Assembly: GCA_049977105.1 (NCBI GenBank)
Contig: JBMFGX010000014.1
Location: 9,686 to 73,685, forward strand
DNA length: 64,000 nt
Reading direction: 5' to 3'
From: Acidobacteriaceae bacterium
GTDB taxonomy: Bacteria > Acidobacteriota > Terriglobia > Terriglobales > Acidobacteriaceae
The translations under genes were made by a program, and so were the position numbers. Of the stretch, positions 9,211 to 19,013 are shown piece after piece (within the stretch, counting starts at the first letter, position 1; each line of letters opens with the position of its first letter). The notes under the pieces are model-generated. The model did not search any database. It saw nothing but the letters and a program-made list of their open reading frames with translations, and was not told where the DNA came from.

Positions 9211-10389
9211 ATGCCGCCCTACGATCTCTGCATCGTGATTCCGACGCTGGACGAGCGCGAAAACATTGGGCTCCTTCTGGAAAAGCTGCGCAACGCCCTT
9301 GCATCGATCCGTTACGAGGTCATCGTGGTCGACGACGACTCGCCGGATGGCACTGCTGCCTTTGCCAAGCGTCTCACCTGCACGGAGGATAACCTCCGGG
9401 TTCTGCATCGCATCGGCCGCCGCGGCCTGTCTTCAGCCTGTATTGAAGGCATGCTGGCTACCTCCGCCCCCTACATCGCGGTGATGGACGCTGACCTGCA
9501 GCACGATGAGACCATCCTTCCGGAGATGTACTACCGCATACGCTCCCAGAATCTCGATCTGGTAGTGGGCTCTCGAAACATCGATGGCGGCAGCATGGGC
9601 GAGTTTTCCCGTTGGCGGCTGCGCCTGAGCCACCTTGGCCGCCGTTTGAGCGGCGTGGAGCGCCATGCCTCCCTCACCGATCCCATGAGCGGCTTCTTCG
9701 TCATTCGCCGCTCCTTCTTTGAGCGGGTGGCCCATCGCCTCACCGGCAGGGGTTTCAAGATCCTGCTGGACATCGTCCTCTCGTCGGATGGCCGCATCCG
9801 CGTCAGCGAGGTCCCTTACCGCTTTCGCCTGCGTCAGCACGGCCACAGCAAGCTGGATCTGATCGTAGGTCTGGAGTATCTGGAACTGATTCTGGACAAA
9901 CTCATCGGAGACTACGTCTCGGTGCGCTTTGTCCTGTTCACCCTGGTTGGAACTATAGGAACGGTGATTCATCTTTTGCTGCTGGGCGCAATGCTCAAGA
10001 TCGAACGTCTCAGCTTTGTGGACTCGCAGACTTGCGCCACCGGGATTGTCATGATCCTGAACTACGTCATGAACAACTCCCTCACCTATCGCGACCGCCG
10101 ACGCCGCGGAGTGTCCTTCTTATTTGGCATGGTGACCTTCTGCATCGCCTGTTCGCTGGGCGTGGTGGCCAACGTGGGCATCAGCTCAGAGGCGTTTCGC
10201 CACGGAATGCCGTGGGCTCTGGCGGGCGTTACCGGCCTGCTCTTCAGCGGAATCTGGAACTATGGCGTCACGGCCAACACCACCTGGCGAGATAGCCGCC
10301 GGTCCGCGGAACACCGCGCCGAGCGCCGCGCCCAGGCCTCTGCACTCGTCGAAGACTCGCCTGTTGCTGATACCGCGCTGCGCTCCTAG
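9211..10389 (+). CDS. GT2 polyprenyl-phosphate glycosyltransferase (DPM1/ArnC-like) fused to a GtrA-like membrane domain
   Basis: N-terminal CIVIPTLDERENI...VIVVDDDSPDGT and MDADLQHD motifs of GT2 dolichyl/undecaprenyl-phosphate sugar synthases. The C-terminal 4-TM segment (FVLFTLVGTIGTVIHL...NYVMNNSLTYRD) looks like GtrA. Confidence 0.85.
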   Translation: MPPYDLCIVIPTLDERENIGLLLEKLRNALASIRYEVIVVDDDSPDGTAAFAKRLTCTEDNLRVLHRIGRRGLSSACIEGMLATSAPYIAVMDADLQHDETILPEMYYRIRSQNLDLVVGSRNIDGGSMGEFSRWRLRLSHLGRRLSGVERHASLTDPMSGFFVIRRSFFERVAHRLTGRGFKILLDIVLSSDGRIRVSEVPYRFRLRQHGHSKLDLIVGLEYLELILDKLIGDYVSVRFVLFTLVGTIGTVIHLLLLGAMLKIERLSFVDSQTCATGIVMILNYVMNNSLTYRDRRRRGVSFLFGMVTFCIACSLGVVANVGISSEAFRHGMPWALAGVTGLLFSGIWNYGVTANTTWRDSRRSAEHRAERRAQASALVEDSPVADTALRS

Positions 10390-10756
10390 TTGTCTTCAAG
10401 TTTGCTGTCGTTCCATTCGCCGCTGTCACGCTCGCCGCCGTCACGTTCGCTTCGCCGCAGGATTCTTTCTACCCGGCAGATGCTTCCCCACGGAGCCTCG
10501 GACAATCCCCGCTCTGGCTTGGCCTTTCCGCTACGCGATTGCTTTCGCGGCCCATGCGCCCGGCGATGTCTTGGCTCGATGGGCTCTTTCGGTGCCGTTC
10601 GGCGCAGATTATCATGATATTTAGCTGGATTCACTACGGGGTAGTTTCCTTGCCGATGATTCTTCCGGAGCGAAGAGATGGCAACGTCTTCGCAGGCAAC
10701 GATAACTATCGATCCGGAAGATTCCGCAAGCTCCGCAACCCGGCCACAGGTAGAAG

Positions 10757-11908
10757 GTGCAAGCATCTATGTCTGAAAAGGACACCATAGCCGTAGCCAT
10801 GTCCGGCGGCGTCGACTCCTCGGCCGTTGCGGCGCTGCTGCACGCCCAGGGACACCCCATTGTCGGCCTCACGCTGCAACTGTGGAACCAGCGCCGTCTG
10901 GCCGCCAACTACGCAGCGCTCGGTCTTCCGGAAACCGTTCCGCAGGGCCGTTGCTGCTCCATCGACGATGTCTACGATGCGCGTCGCGTCGCGGAGCAGC
11001 TTGGCATCGCCTACTATCTGGTCAACGCGCAGGAGCGCTTTGAGGCCGACGTGGTTCGCCCCTTCGTCGACGAGTACCTGGCAGGCCGCACGCCCATCCC
11101 CTGCACGCTCTGCAACAATCATCTGAAGTTTGACCAACTGCTGCTCACCGCGCGCCAGATTGGAGCCGAGCGCATCGCCACCGGCCACTACGCTCGCAAC
11201 TATTACGATCCAGAGCGCGGCCGCTGGATCCTCGCCCGCCCGGTGGACACCTCCAAGGACCAGACCTACTTCCTCTTCGGCCTGACCCAGATGCAGCTCA
11301 GCCGCACCCTGTTTCCCCTGGGCGAGATGCGCAAGCCGGAGGTCCGCAGCATGGCCGCGGACCACGGCCTGGCGCTGGCTCAGAAGCCTGACTCGCAGGA
11401 GATCTGCTTTATCCCCGGTGGCAGTTACCAGAGCTTCCTCAGCGCCTATCTCGAAGAGCAGGGCCGCAATCTTCCTGACACCTCCGGCGAAGTGGTCAAC
11501 TCCTCGGGCCAGATCCTGGGCTCTCACCCGGGCATCCACACCTTCACTGTGGGCCAGCGCAAGGGCCTGGGGGTAAGCTCCCGCGATCCCCTCTACGTGC
11601 TCAGAATTCATCCCGACTCGCACCGGGTTGAGGTGGGCAACGACCAGGAACTTCTCTCTGGCCGACTCACCGCCAACCGTCTCAACTGGGTTTCCATCCC
11701 AGAGCCCGCAACCCCCATCCGGGTGGGCGTCAAGATCCGCCATCGTCATGAACCGGTGCCGGCTACCCTGCGCGTCATTGCTCCAGACACCATTGAGGCC
11801 ATCTTTGACGAACCGCAGCGCGCCATCACCCCGGGCCAGTCGGCCGTCTTTTACCAGGGCGACGAAGTTGCCGGCGGCGGCTGGATCCTGGATCAAGGCC
11901 CAGCGTAG
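10757..11908 (+). CDS. mnmA: tRNA 2-thiouridine(34) synthase MnmA
   Basis: PP-loop IAVAMSGGVDSS, followed by GRCCS..D, CTLCNNHLKF, KDQTYFL and the GQSAVFY C-terminal motif. The start could be the ATG at 10769. Confidence 0.93.
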   Translation: MQASMSEKDTIAVAMSGGVDSSAVAALLHAQGHPIVGLTLQLWNQRRLAANYAALGLPETVPQGRCCSIDDVYDARRVAEQLGIAYYLVNAQERFEADVVRPFVDEYLAGRTPIPCTLCNNHLKFDQLLLTARQIGAERIATGHYARNYYDPERGRWILARPVDTSKDQTYFLFGLTQMQLSRTLFPLGEMRKPEVRSMAADHGLALAQKPDSQEICFIPGGSYQSFLSAYLEEQGRNLPDTSGEVVNSSGQILGSHPGIHTFTVGQRKGLGVSSRDPLYVLRIHPDSHRVEVGNDQELLSGRLTANRLNWVSIPEPATPIRVGVKIRHRHEPVPATLRVIAPDTIEAIFDEPQRAITPGQSAVFYQGDEVAGGGWILDQGPA

Positions 11909-12112
11909 TGCGCCCCCGCCAGTGCAGAGCGGAGATGGACAGCGCACGCGGATAGCGGACGAACGCCTGCGGATGGCTCGCAGCGTCCGCAGGGCTTTGC
12001 CCCGGGGATGGGTGGCAAGCGCTGCTTGGCTCTGAGGAGTGTCCGGGCCAGCCGGCACTCAGCCGCGCAGCCACGTTCTTGCAAACTATAATCGAGCACA
12101 GAAAAGGGAAGC

Positions 12113-12754
12113 ATGGGACTCTTCGGCAAGAAACTCAAGCAGGAGCATAAGGTGATGCTCCAGGTAGAGCGCGCGCAGGGCAAACGGCTGCAGGAATATC
12201 ATCGCGCCACCGCCGAGTGTCCTCATCCTGAGCGCTGGTCGATGTACGATTCCATGACGGCGGAGGTGGAGGTTCTGGAGTTCCTCCGAACCCTGGTGAC
12301 CACCATCAAGCCCAACCTCATCGTGGAGACGGGCTCCTTCCTCGGCGTCAGCACCTTATGGATGGCAGAGGGGCTGGAGTCCAATGGCTTTGGCAGGATC
12401 GTCAGTTGTGAGTATGATCCCGTGGTCTTTGCCAAGGCGAAAGAAAAGATCGCCGCATCGCCCCTCAGCTCCCGCATCGATCTGCGCAATGAATCCAGTC
12501 TGGAGATCAAGATCGATGGGACCATCGACCTGTTCTTCTCAGACAGTGATCTGCCCATCCGGGCCCTGGAGATCAAGCGCTTCCTGCCCCAGATATCACC
12601 CTACGGGATGATTCTGATCCATGACGCCAGCTCCCATCTGAAGGTGGTGCGTGATGCGGCCTTGGAATTGGAGCAGCAAGGGCTGCTCTCCTGCGTATTT
12701 CTCAGCACGCCCAGAGGACTTGTTCTCGCTCAGAAGCGCGAAGGCCGCAAGTAG
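12113..12754 (+). CDS. class I SAM-dependent (O-)methyltransferase
   Basis: 213-aa ORF. SAM-binding motif I LIVETGSFLGVSTLWMAEGL and an acidic loop CEYD. Resembles the family-3 O-methyltransferase / CmcI-like fold. Confidence 0.7.
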   Translation: MGLFGKKLKQEHKVMLQVERAQGKRLQEYHRATAECPHPERWSMYDSMTAEVEVLEFLRTLVTTIKPNLIVETGSFLGVSTLWMAEGLESNGFGRIVSCEYDPVVFAKAKEKIAASPLSSRIDLRNESSLEIKIDGTIDLFFSDSDLPIRALEIKRFLPQISPYGMILIHDASSHLKVVRDAALELEQQGLLSCVFLSTPRGLVLAQKREGRK

Positions 12755-12878
12755 TCTCTTCCGCGTCCTTCCGTACCATTTCAAGCGGTCCCGCAAGGCG
12801 AGGCTGGACCAGCGTGTCCCTGGGCCACCTCGACGAGCTCAGGTCTGAGGCGAACGGAGTCACCCTCGCGAAGGGTCT

Positions 12879-13553
12879 TCAGTAGCGCGGCCACACGGAG
12901 GGCGGCGGGATCCGCTGCGGACGACGAAAGAAGGAGCATGCAATAACACCGAAGAGAAACCCGGCGACGTGCGCCACATACGCCACGCCACCCGTCTGCA
13001 CAGAAACCACCGAGCCCACGTTGAGCAACTGCATCAGGAACCAGAATCCAATCAGCAGAATCGCCGGAATAAAGGTGACGCGGATGAAGAAGAAAAAGAA
13101 GAACAGCGCGCGGATGCGGTCGCGAGGATAGGTCACCAGAAAACCTCCCATCACCGCTGCAATGGCCCCGCTGGCGCCCAGCGTCGGAACCGTGGATCCC
13201 GGGGTGGCGGACATCTGCGCCAGCATGGCGGCCAAGCCGCCCAGCAGATAGAACAGCGTAAAGGAAAAGGGATTCATGGCGTCTTCCATCGCCGGACCAA
13301 ACGCCCACAGAAAGATCATGTTGCCCAGAATGTGCGACCAGCTTGCATGCAGAAACATGGAGGTGAGCAGTGTGATCAGGTTCTGGCCGGAGAGGATCAC
13401 CACGGGAATCGCAGCCCACTGGTAAACAAAGGCATCCCCACCCTGCAACTCATGGAAGAAGACATAGACGTTCAAGAGTATGATCAGCACGGTCGCGTAG
13501 GGAAAGTGCGACCGCCGACGCGATGCATCTCCCAGAGGGATCAGGCCACCCAC
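12879..13553 (-). CDS. rhomboid family intramembrane serine protease
   Basis: Six-TM protein with HASWSHILGNMIFLWAFG and the catalytic GASGAIAAVMG motif, plus the downstream H in AHVAGFLFG. Confidence 0.9.
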   Translation of the reverse strand: MGGLIPLGDASRRRSHFPYATVLIILLNVYVFFHELQGGDAFVYQWAAIPVVILSGQNLITLLTSMFLHASWSHILGNMIFLWAFGPAMEDAMNPFSFTLFYLLGGLAAMLAQMSATPGSTVPTLGASGAIAAVMGGFLVTYPRDRIRALFFFFFFIRVTFIPAILLIGFWFLMQLLNVGSVVSVQTGGVAYVAHVAGFLFGVIACSFFRRPQRIPPPSVWPRY

Positions 13554-13882
13554 GTTCCACTTCCTCCCATTGGTTGTGTCTCTGGCGGAAGAGTATCAGG
13601 TTTACCCCACTCCCGGATGACTTCGACCGCGGCAATGATAGTTTTTTGGCAATTGCAACCACTTCGAGGAACACGAACCGGGGAGCTGTGTTTGTCCTTA
13701 ACTTGGTGAAGTCCGTTCCTTCTGCCGAGCCGGCGCCCGCGCGACGCGTTCCGCACCTGGCTTGAGCGAGACGTCAAATTGCGCTTTCCATGCATTCGTC
13801 TCGAACTGGCATCATTCCTCATCGCCCATGGAAACAGCCAGGCAGGATGGCTCTGTTGGGCGGAATCGATCTCGGAGTTTCC

Positions 13883-14179
13883 CTAAAGCACCGCAAGTCT
13901 ATCTCTACGCAAAGTAAACATCCTCGACACCTGGCCATGCGGCATCCGTTTGTAAACAACCCACCCGGTCTTGTTGCGATTCAGGGTAGGCTTGAAGGAC
14001 GCATTCAACTCATAGAATGACCGCCATGGTTGCTTGCCGACGTCGGCCACATACCCTTGAAGAGGGTGACCGTAGATCTCGTCGACGATGTCTTGCTTTA
14101 CCGCCTCCTCTTCCGCCGTCGTTAACCTCTGCGCGCCTTCGGTCTCAGGGTTTGCGTTCAAGCGCTTCCCCTGGTCCAT
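13883..14179 (-). CDS. hypothetical protein
   Basis: 98-aa ORF with non-repetitive composition. I recognise no motif. It lies next to the degraded toxin-antitoxin module. Confidence 0.3.
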   Translation of the reverse strand: MDQGKRLNANPETEGAQRLTTAEEEAVKQDIVDEIYGHPLQGYVADVGKQPWRSFYELNASFKPTLNRNKTGWVVYKRMPHGQVSRMFTLRRDRLAVL

Positions 14180-14406
14180 AGCCCGTCGATGTCAGGACAG
14201 GAAGCACGGCGCAGAGCGCAATTCCCGCGTTTTTCATTGCTGGCTCTCCGGGTGGATAACAAGGATCATCACATCAGATCCCTTGGGAAGGTTGCCTCCG
14301 CCTGTAGCATTGACAAGCGGTCTCAATGAATCGGCGTTGCAATCAGGGCCCCATTACGGTCCCGCTCAGCAGCGAAAAGCGTGATGAAAGGAAAAGCTCC
14401 GAAAGC

Positions 14407-14814
14407 TCAGAATGGGACCACGGAGACGCCGGGGACGGCCTGGAAGTGGCGTATGTTGCCGGTGGCAACACGGTAGCCAACATCGAGTGCCGTGACGGCT
14501 ATGAGCAGGTCGGAGTGCGGCAACGAAACGCCCCTGGCCGTGCTCTCTCCGTCGATCTGCCCGGCCCGGAGAGCGACTGAAGCCGAGACCGGATACACAG
14601 GGATTGCGGCCATCAACTCGTGGAGAAACTGCTGTCAAGTCGCCTTGCGTTCGGGCGTGTTGGCACGGGCCGCTCCTTGCGCCAGTTCAAGCACCGTGAC
14701 CACTGACAGGGCCACGTCTTCGCCTGGGGCTCGCGGGCGATTTCAGTCAAAGCCTGTCGGGCGTTTCTACCCTTCCGCTCGGCTGCGATCAGGACACTGG
14801 AGTCGAGGATCAGT
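14407..14814 (-). pseudogene. vapC: vapC (PIN-domain toxin), disrupted
   Basis: PIN N-terminus (GLILDSSVLIAAERKGRNARQALTEIA) is in one frame. The continuation GEDVALSVVTVLELAQGAARANTPERKAT is in another frame, so there is a frameshift near 14725-14735. An in-frame TGA follows (+ strand tca at 14635-14637). The PIN C-terminus comes after it (QQFLHELMAAIPVYP...LPHSDLLIAVTALDVG...NIRHF). The expected start position reads ATA, not ATG. Confidence 0.7.
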
Positions 14815-14815
14815 C

Positions 14816-15088
14816 CTATGCCACAGGATTCAGCGGCTCCCGCTGTGCGGCCACTGCTTCTTGAACGTCGCGGACGAAGTCCTCGTCGATGATCGCGGGG
14901 GAGTCTTCCGACAGCACAGCGATGCACTCTTCGACGGAGCGGCGCCGCGGCGTTGCCGTGCGCAGCACTGCAACCGGCGCAGCGTCGGACTCGATGACAA
15001 TCTCCGCACCGGCACGCACGTGGGCCATAAGACCGCCGAAGTCGCGGGCAGCGTCGGCTTCCGAGAGGTCGATCGTCGCCATATTCAC
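14816..15088 (-). CDS. Phd/YefM-type antitoxin (VapB-like), apparently intact
   Basis: 90-aa ORF. The N-terminal ATIDLSEADAARDFGGLMAHVRAGAEIVIESDAAPVAVL resembles prevent-host-death antitoxins. Its stop abuts the PIN remnant. Confidence 0.65.
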   Translation of the reverse strand: MNMATIDLSEADAARDFGGLMAHVRAGAEIVIESDAAPVAVLRTATPRRRSVEECIAVLSEDSPAIIDEDFVRDVQEAVAAQREPLNPVA

Positions 15089-15495
15089 GATGGTACCCTC
15101 ATTCCTGTTTTTTCTTAGAACTCGTTCGCGATCTCTCCATCCGGACGGCAGAAGACGTCAGGCAGTTCTACGCAGTCGGCTCATCGAGGTGGTCATCAAG
15201 AGAGATGGAGCAGAGAAAATCGTACCCGGGCGACGTCCCCGTGGAGCAGTCCAGGCAGACGGCGGCAGAAGAACTGTGAACGGAAGCTCAATACCAGCTT
15301 GCAGTTCGTCCGCCTCGCCTTCCTCGTCCTGCTCCTCAGAAGATCGTAAACAGCTTCTTAGAAGGTTGCTGCGACCGCATTTGTAAGTACTACCGGGCAG
15401 GGAGGATTTCGAGACGCCGAACCAGGTGTCGACAAGAAATCTTGCCGACCGCGGTAATGATAGTTTTATTGCGAAGGGAAGTTCTAACCGAAGCG

Positions 15496-16152
15496 ATGCA
15501 AAAGAGTGTGGTCTTACAGACATTACAAGAGTCCGGACTGGCACCTGTCCTGCGTGCGGAGTCCATCGAAGAAGCGTTGGCGCTGGCCCGGGCAATCGCT
15601 GCGGGCGGGGTGAATGTGCTGGAAGTCGCCATGACCGTGCCGGGAGCGATCGAGGTGATCCGCCGGCTGGTCAGGGACCATCCGGAGATGCTGGTCGGCG
15701 TCGGAACCGTGCTGGATGCCGAAACCGCGCGCGCCTGCATCCTGGAAGGAGCGCAATTTATCGTCAGCCCGGCGCTGAATCTCAAAACCATCGAGCTTTG
15801 CCATCGCTACTCCGTCGCTGTTCTTCCCGGCGCGCTTACGCCCACGGAGGTGGTCACGGCCTGGGAGGCCGGTGCGGATGTGGTCAAGATCTTTCCCGCC
15901 GGCGCGTTGGGCGGGGCCAAATACCTGGCCGCGCTCAAAGCGCCGCTGCCCCACATCCAGATGATTCCCACTGGTGGCGTGACGCTGGCTACGGCCGCGG
16001 AGTTTCTGCGTGCAGGAGCGTTTGCTCTGGGGGTAGGTTCTGATCTGGCAAACGCCAGGGCGATGGCCGAGGGCAGGCCGCAGGTGGTTACAGAGACGGC
16101 GCGCAGGTATCTGGAGATTGTGCGTCAGTTCCGTTCCGCAACCACAGCCTGA
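15496..16152 (+). CDS. eda: KDPG / 4-hydroxy-2-oxoglutarate aldolase
   Basis: GGVNVLEVAMTVPGAIEVI, VGVGTVLD, FIVSPALN, LPGALTPTEV and ADVVKIFPA motifs. I placed the start at the internal ATG 15496 (MQKSVVLQ). Confidence 0.88.
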   Translation: MQKSVVLQTLQESGLAPVLRAESIEEALALARAIAAGGVNVLEVAMTVPGAIEVIRRLVRDHPEMLVGVGTVLDAETARACILEGAQFIVSPALNLKTIELCHRYSVAVLPGALTPTEVVTAWEAGADVVKIFPAGALGGAKYLAALKAPLPHIQMIPTGGVTLATAAEFLRAGAFALGVGSDLANARAMAEGRPQVVTETARRYLEIVRQFRSATTA

Positions 16153-16279
16153 CGCTGCCGGCGGATTCGCCTGCACACGCCGAACAGATCCGCCTTCTAC
16201 GCTCTCAAGACACTCCCCAGACACTCTTCAACCCAGCCAATCGCCAAACGGCAGCCATTTGCCATAGACTCGCTTCATC

Positions 16280-17098
16280 ATGCCTCCCGCCATTGCTACC
16301 CATGCGCTCACTCGAACCTTCGATGGGTTTACCGCCGTCGACCACATCGATCTTGCGGTAGAAGCCGGGCAGTTCTTCGGATTTTTAGGCCCCAACGGCG
16401 CAGGCAAATCCACCACCATCAAGATGCTCACCGGATTGCTGGCGCCCAGCTCGGGAGCCGTGCAGATTCTGGGCCAGGACCTGTTTTACAACCCCATTGA
16501 GGTCAAACGGCACATCGGGGTGGTGCCTGAGGGGATGGCTCTGTTTGCCCGCCTGACAGCGCTTGAGTACCTGCGCTTTGTCGGCCGCATGTACGGACTC
16601 GACAAAGCCACCACGGAGCAGCGCGCCGAAGAGTTGCTGGAGTTCATGGGCCTCTCTGACCAGTCTCGCAAGCTGATTGCGGATTACTCCCACGGCATGG
16701 GCAAAAAGCTGGCTCTGGCTGCGGCGGTTATCCATGGCCCCAAGGTGCTTTTTCTGGACGAGCCGTTTGAGGGCGTGGACGCCATCGCCGCGGGCACCCT
16801 CAAGTCCATGCTGCAGGGGATGATCGCCCGGGGCGCAACCATCTTCCTTACCTCGCACGTGCTGGAGATCGTGGAGCGCCTCTGCTCCCACGTGGCAATC
16901 ATCAACCACGGGCAGATCGTCGCTCACGGCTCGCTGGAAGAGTTGCGTGCCGGGGTCCAGGCGCGCTTGCCTATCCAAGGCGCAGCCGGCCCGGAGATCT
17001 CGCCTCAGGCCAACCTCACCCTGGAGCAGATCTTCCTGAACGTAGTGGGCGGAGCGGCGGCGACCCGTCCGGAGCAGGAGTTGACATGGCTGAGCTAG
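16280..17098 (+). CDS. ABC transporter ATP-binding protein
   Basis: Walker A GPNGAGKST, Q-loop, ABC signature region and Walker B LFLDEPFEGVD. Confidence 0.92.
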   Translation: MPPAIATHALTRTFDGFTAVDHIDLAVEAGQFFGFLGPNGAGKSTTIKMLTGLLAPSSGAVQILGQDLFYNPIEVKRHIGVVPEGMALFARLTALEYLRFVGRMYGLDKATTEQRAEELLEFMGLSDQSRKLIADYSHGMGKKLALAAAVIHGPKVLFLDEPFEGVDAIAAGTLKSMLQGMIARGATIFLTSHVLEIVERLCSHVAIINHGQIVAHGSLEELRAGVQARLPIQGAAGPEISPQANLTLEQIFLNVVGGAAATRPEQELTWLS

Positions 17099-18912
17099 AG
17101 ACGCCCTCGCCGCCTTCCTCCCAAGCTCCGGCAGCAGCGTGGACTCCGGCCCAGACCTGGGCCCAGTTCGCCGCTATCGCCTGGCTGCGCTGGCGGATCA
17201 CCGTCAACAGCCTCAGCCGCCGCGGCGGCGCGGGCGAACTGGCCGGCCGCGCGGTCACCACCCTCATCTTCCTCGCCGTCCTGATCCTCTGGCTGGGGGG
17301 AGCCGGTCTGGGCGGCTTCCTCTTTGTAAGCCACGGCCACATCAACCGAATCGCTTGGCTGCTGTGGGGCATCTTCCTGCTCTGCCAGATCCTCAACATC
17401 CAGTTCGGGCAACGCGCCACCAACTTTGATCCAACCCAGCTCATCCGGTTTCCCATGCAAGCCAGGACCTATGTAGAGATCCGGCTGTTCTTTGGCATGC
17501 TCACCGCCGCCAACGTGACTGGAACGCTGATGGCCGTCGCCGTCGCCGTGGGGATAACCCTCGCCGCTCCGACGCTCTCGCTTTACGCAGTCCTCGCCAT
17601 GGCCGCCTTTGCAACCGCCAATTTGCTCTTCTCCAGAATGATCTTCGCCTGGGTGGACCGCTGGCTCTCCACGCGCCGCGCCAGAGAAGTGGTCACCGCC
17701 CTGCTGCTGGCGTTCTCGCTGCTAGCCCAGTGGGCAAACTTCACCTTCAACCCGGCCTACAACCATCGCCACGGAACCCACGTCTATCAGCTCTCCCAAA
17801 AGCACCAGGCCTGGGTAAACCAACTGCTCCAGAACTCCGGCTCGGCGCTGGCCATACTGCCTCCGCACTTAGCCGCAGCTTCCTTGACGGCCGCACAGCA
17901 TGGCGACCCCTTGAGGTTTACAGCCGACACCCTGGCGGTCTCCGCTTACGCTGCGCTCTTTCTTCTGGTCTTTGCGTTGCGCATGCTCAAGGAGTTCCGC
18001 GGGGAGACTCTCTCTGAACCGGCCGCCGGAGTGCGAAACCCCAGAACAGATCCCGCCAGACTGAGCCCTGCGAGCACAGCCGTCTCTACCCAGACCGCGC
18101 TGTGGCCAGCCGAGCCTGCGGCCCCAGCCTCCGCGCCGGTGAAGCCGACCGCCTCCATGCCCGCGTCCACAGCCGCCTCCCATAGTCGGCTTCTGCAGGT
18201 GGCGGTCCCCGTGCTCAGCAAAGAGATCCTCTACTCGCGCAGGAATATGGGCATTCTCTATGGCCTGTTGATGCCGCTTTTTCTGGTGCTGGTCTTTGCC
18301 GGCCGATTCGCCTCCCTGGAGAACAGCAATCTTTGGGCCTTTCCCGCGGCTGTCGGCTATAGCCTGCTGGTCATCTGCCCGCTCAGTTACAACATCTTTG
18401 GTCTGGATGGACCTGGAGTTCAGCTCTTCTTCCTCGCGCCCGTGCGCCTGAGGGACGTTGTCCTGGCCAAGAATATGCTCAGCGTGGTCATGGCGATTCT
18501 GGAGATCATCCTGATCTTCTTCCTCATCACGGCGATGGCCGGCGCTCCCTCACGAAACATCACCCTGGCTACGCTGTTCTGGGCTGCTGGAACGCTGGCC
18601 TTGAATCTGATCTTCGGCAACCGGCGTTCTTTCTACTCGCCTAAGCGCATGGACCCGCAGCGCGTGGCCAGAAAGCAGACCTCCCCGCTGAGCGCGCTGA
18701 TCAGCCTGGCATTCCTGGTCCTCTGCGCCGGCGTGGCCGTCCTGCTCTACGGGCTCTGCCTAAGCCTGCACGCCTTGTGGGCGCTTTCCCCCGTCATGGC
18801 GCTCTTGGCTGCGATCAGCGTGGCCGCGTATGCGCAGAGCCTTCGCTCCATGGATGGGTACGCTCTGCAGCATCGCGAGGAGCTGATGCAGGAGATCTGC
18901 AAAGTAGCTTAA
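17086..18912 (+). CDS. polytopic membrane protein, putative permease partner of the ABC ATPase
   Basis: 608-aa ORF that overlaps the ATPase stop by 13 nt. Many TM helices are split by an Ala/Pro-rich central loop. I recognise no family motif. Confidence 0.55.
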   Translation: MAELETPSPPSSQAPAAAWTPAQTWAQFAAIAWLRWRITVNSLSRRGGAGELAGRAVTTLIFLAVLILWLGGAGLGGFLFVSHGHINRIAWLLWGIFLLCQILNIQFGQRATNFDPTQLIRFPMQARTYVEIRLFFGMLTAANVTGTLMAVAVAVGITLAAPTLSLYAVLAMAAFATANLLFSRMIFAWVDRWLSTRRAREVVTALLLAFSLLAQWANFTFNPAYNHRHGTHVYQLSQKHQAWVNQLLQNSGSALAILPPHLAAASLTAAQHGDPLRFTADTLAVSAYAALFLLVFALRMLKEFRGETLSEPAAGVRNPRTDPARLSPASTAVSTQTALWPAEPAAPASAPVKPTASMPASTAASHSRLLQVAVPVLSKEILYSRRNMGILYGLLMPLFLVLVFAGRFASLENSNLWAFPAAVGYSLLVICPLSYNIFGLDGPGVQLFFLAPVRLRDVVLAKNMLSVVMAILEIILIFFLITAMAGAPSRNITLATLFWAAGTLALNLIFGNRRSFYSPKRMDPQRVARKQTSPLSALISLAFLVLCAGVAVLLYGLCLSLHALWALSPVMALLAAISVAAYAQSLRSMDGYALQHREELMQEICKVA

Positions 18913-19013
18913 CCGCCGCTTGCAACGTCAAAAATCGCGATCTCAAAATTCCTCAGTGTTTCCTTCCCCATGCCGCTCTTGTCCCGTGCGCTTCAGCTTC
19001 GCCCGCAAGAGCC

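Noticed and set aside
10706-12058. 450-aa ORF on the minus strand
   Set aside because: It is an antisense shadow of mnmA, which has unambiguous PP-loop and catalytic motifs.
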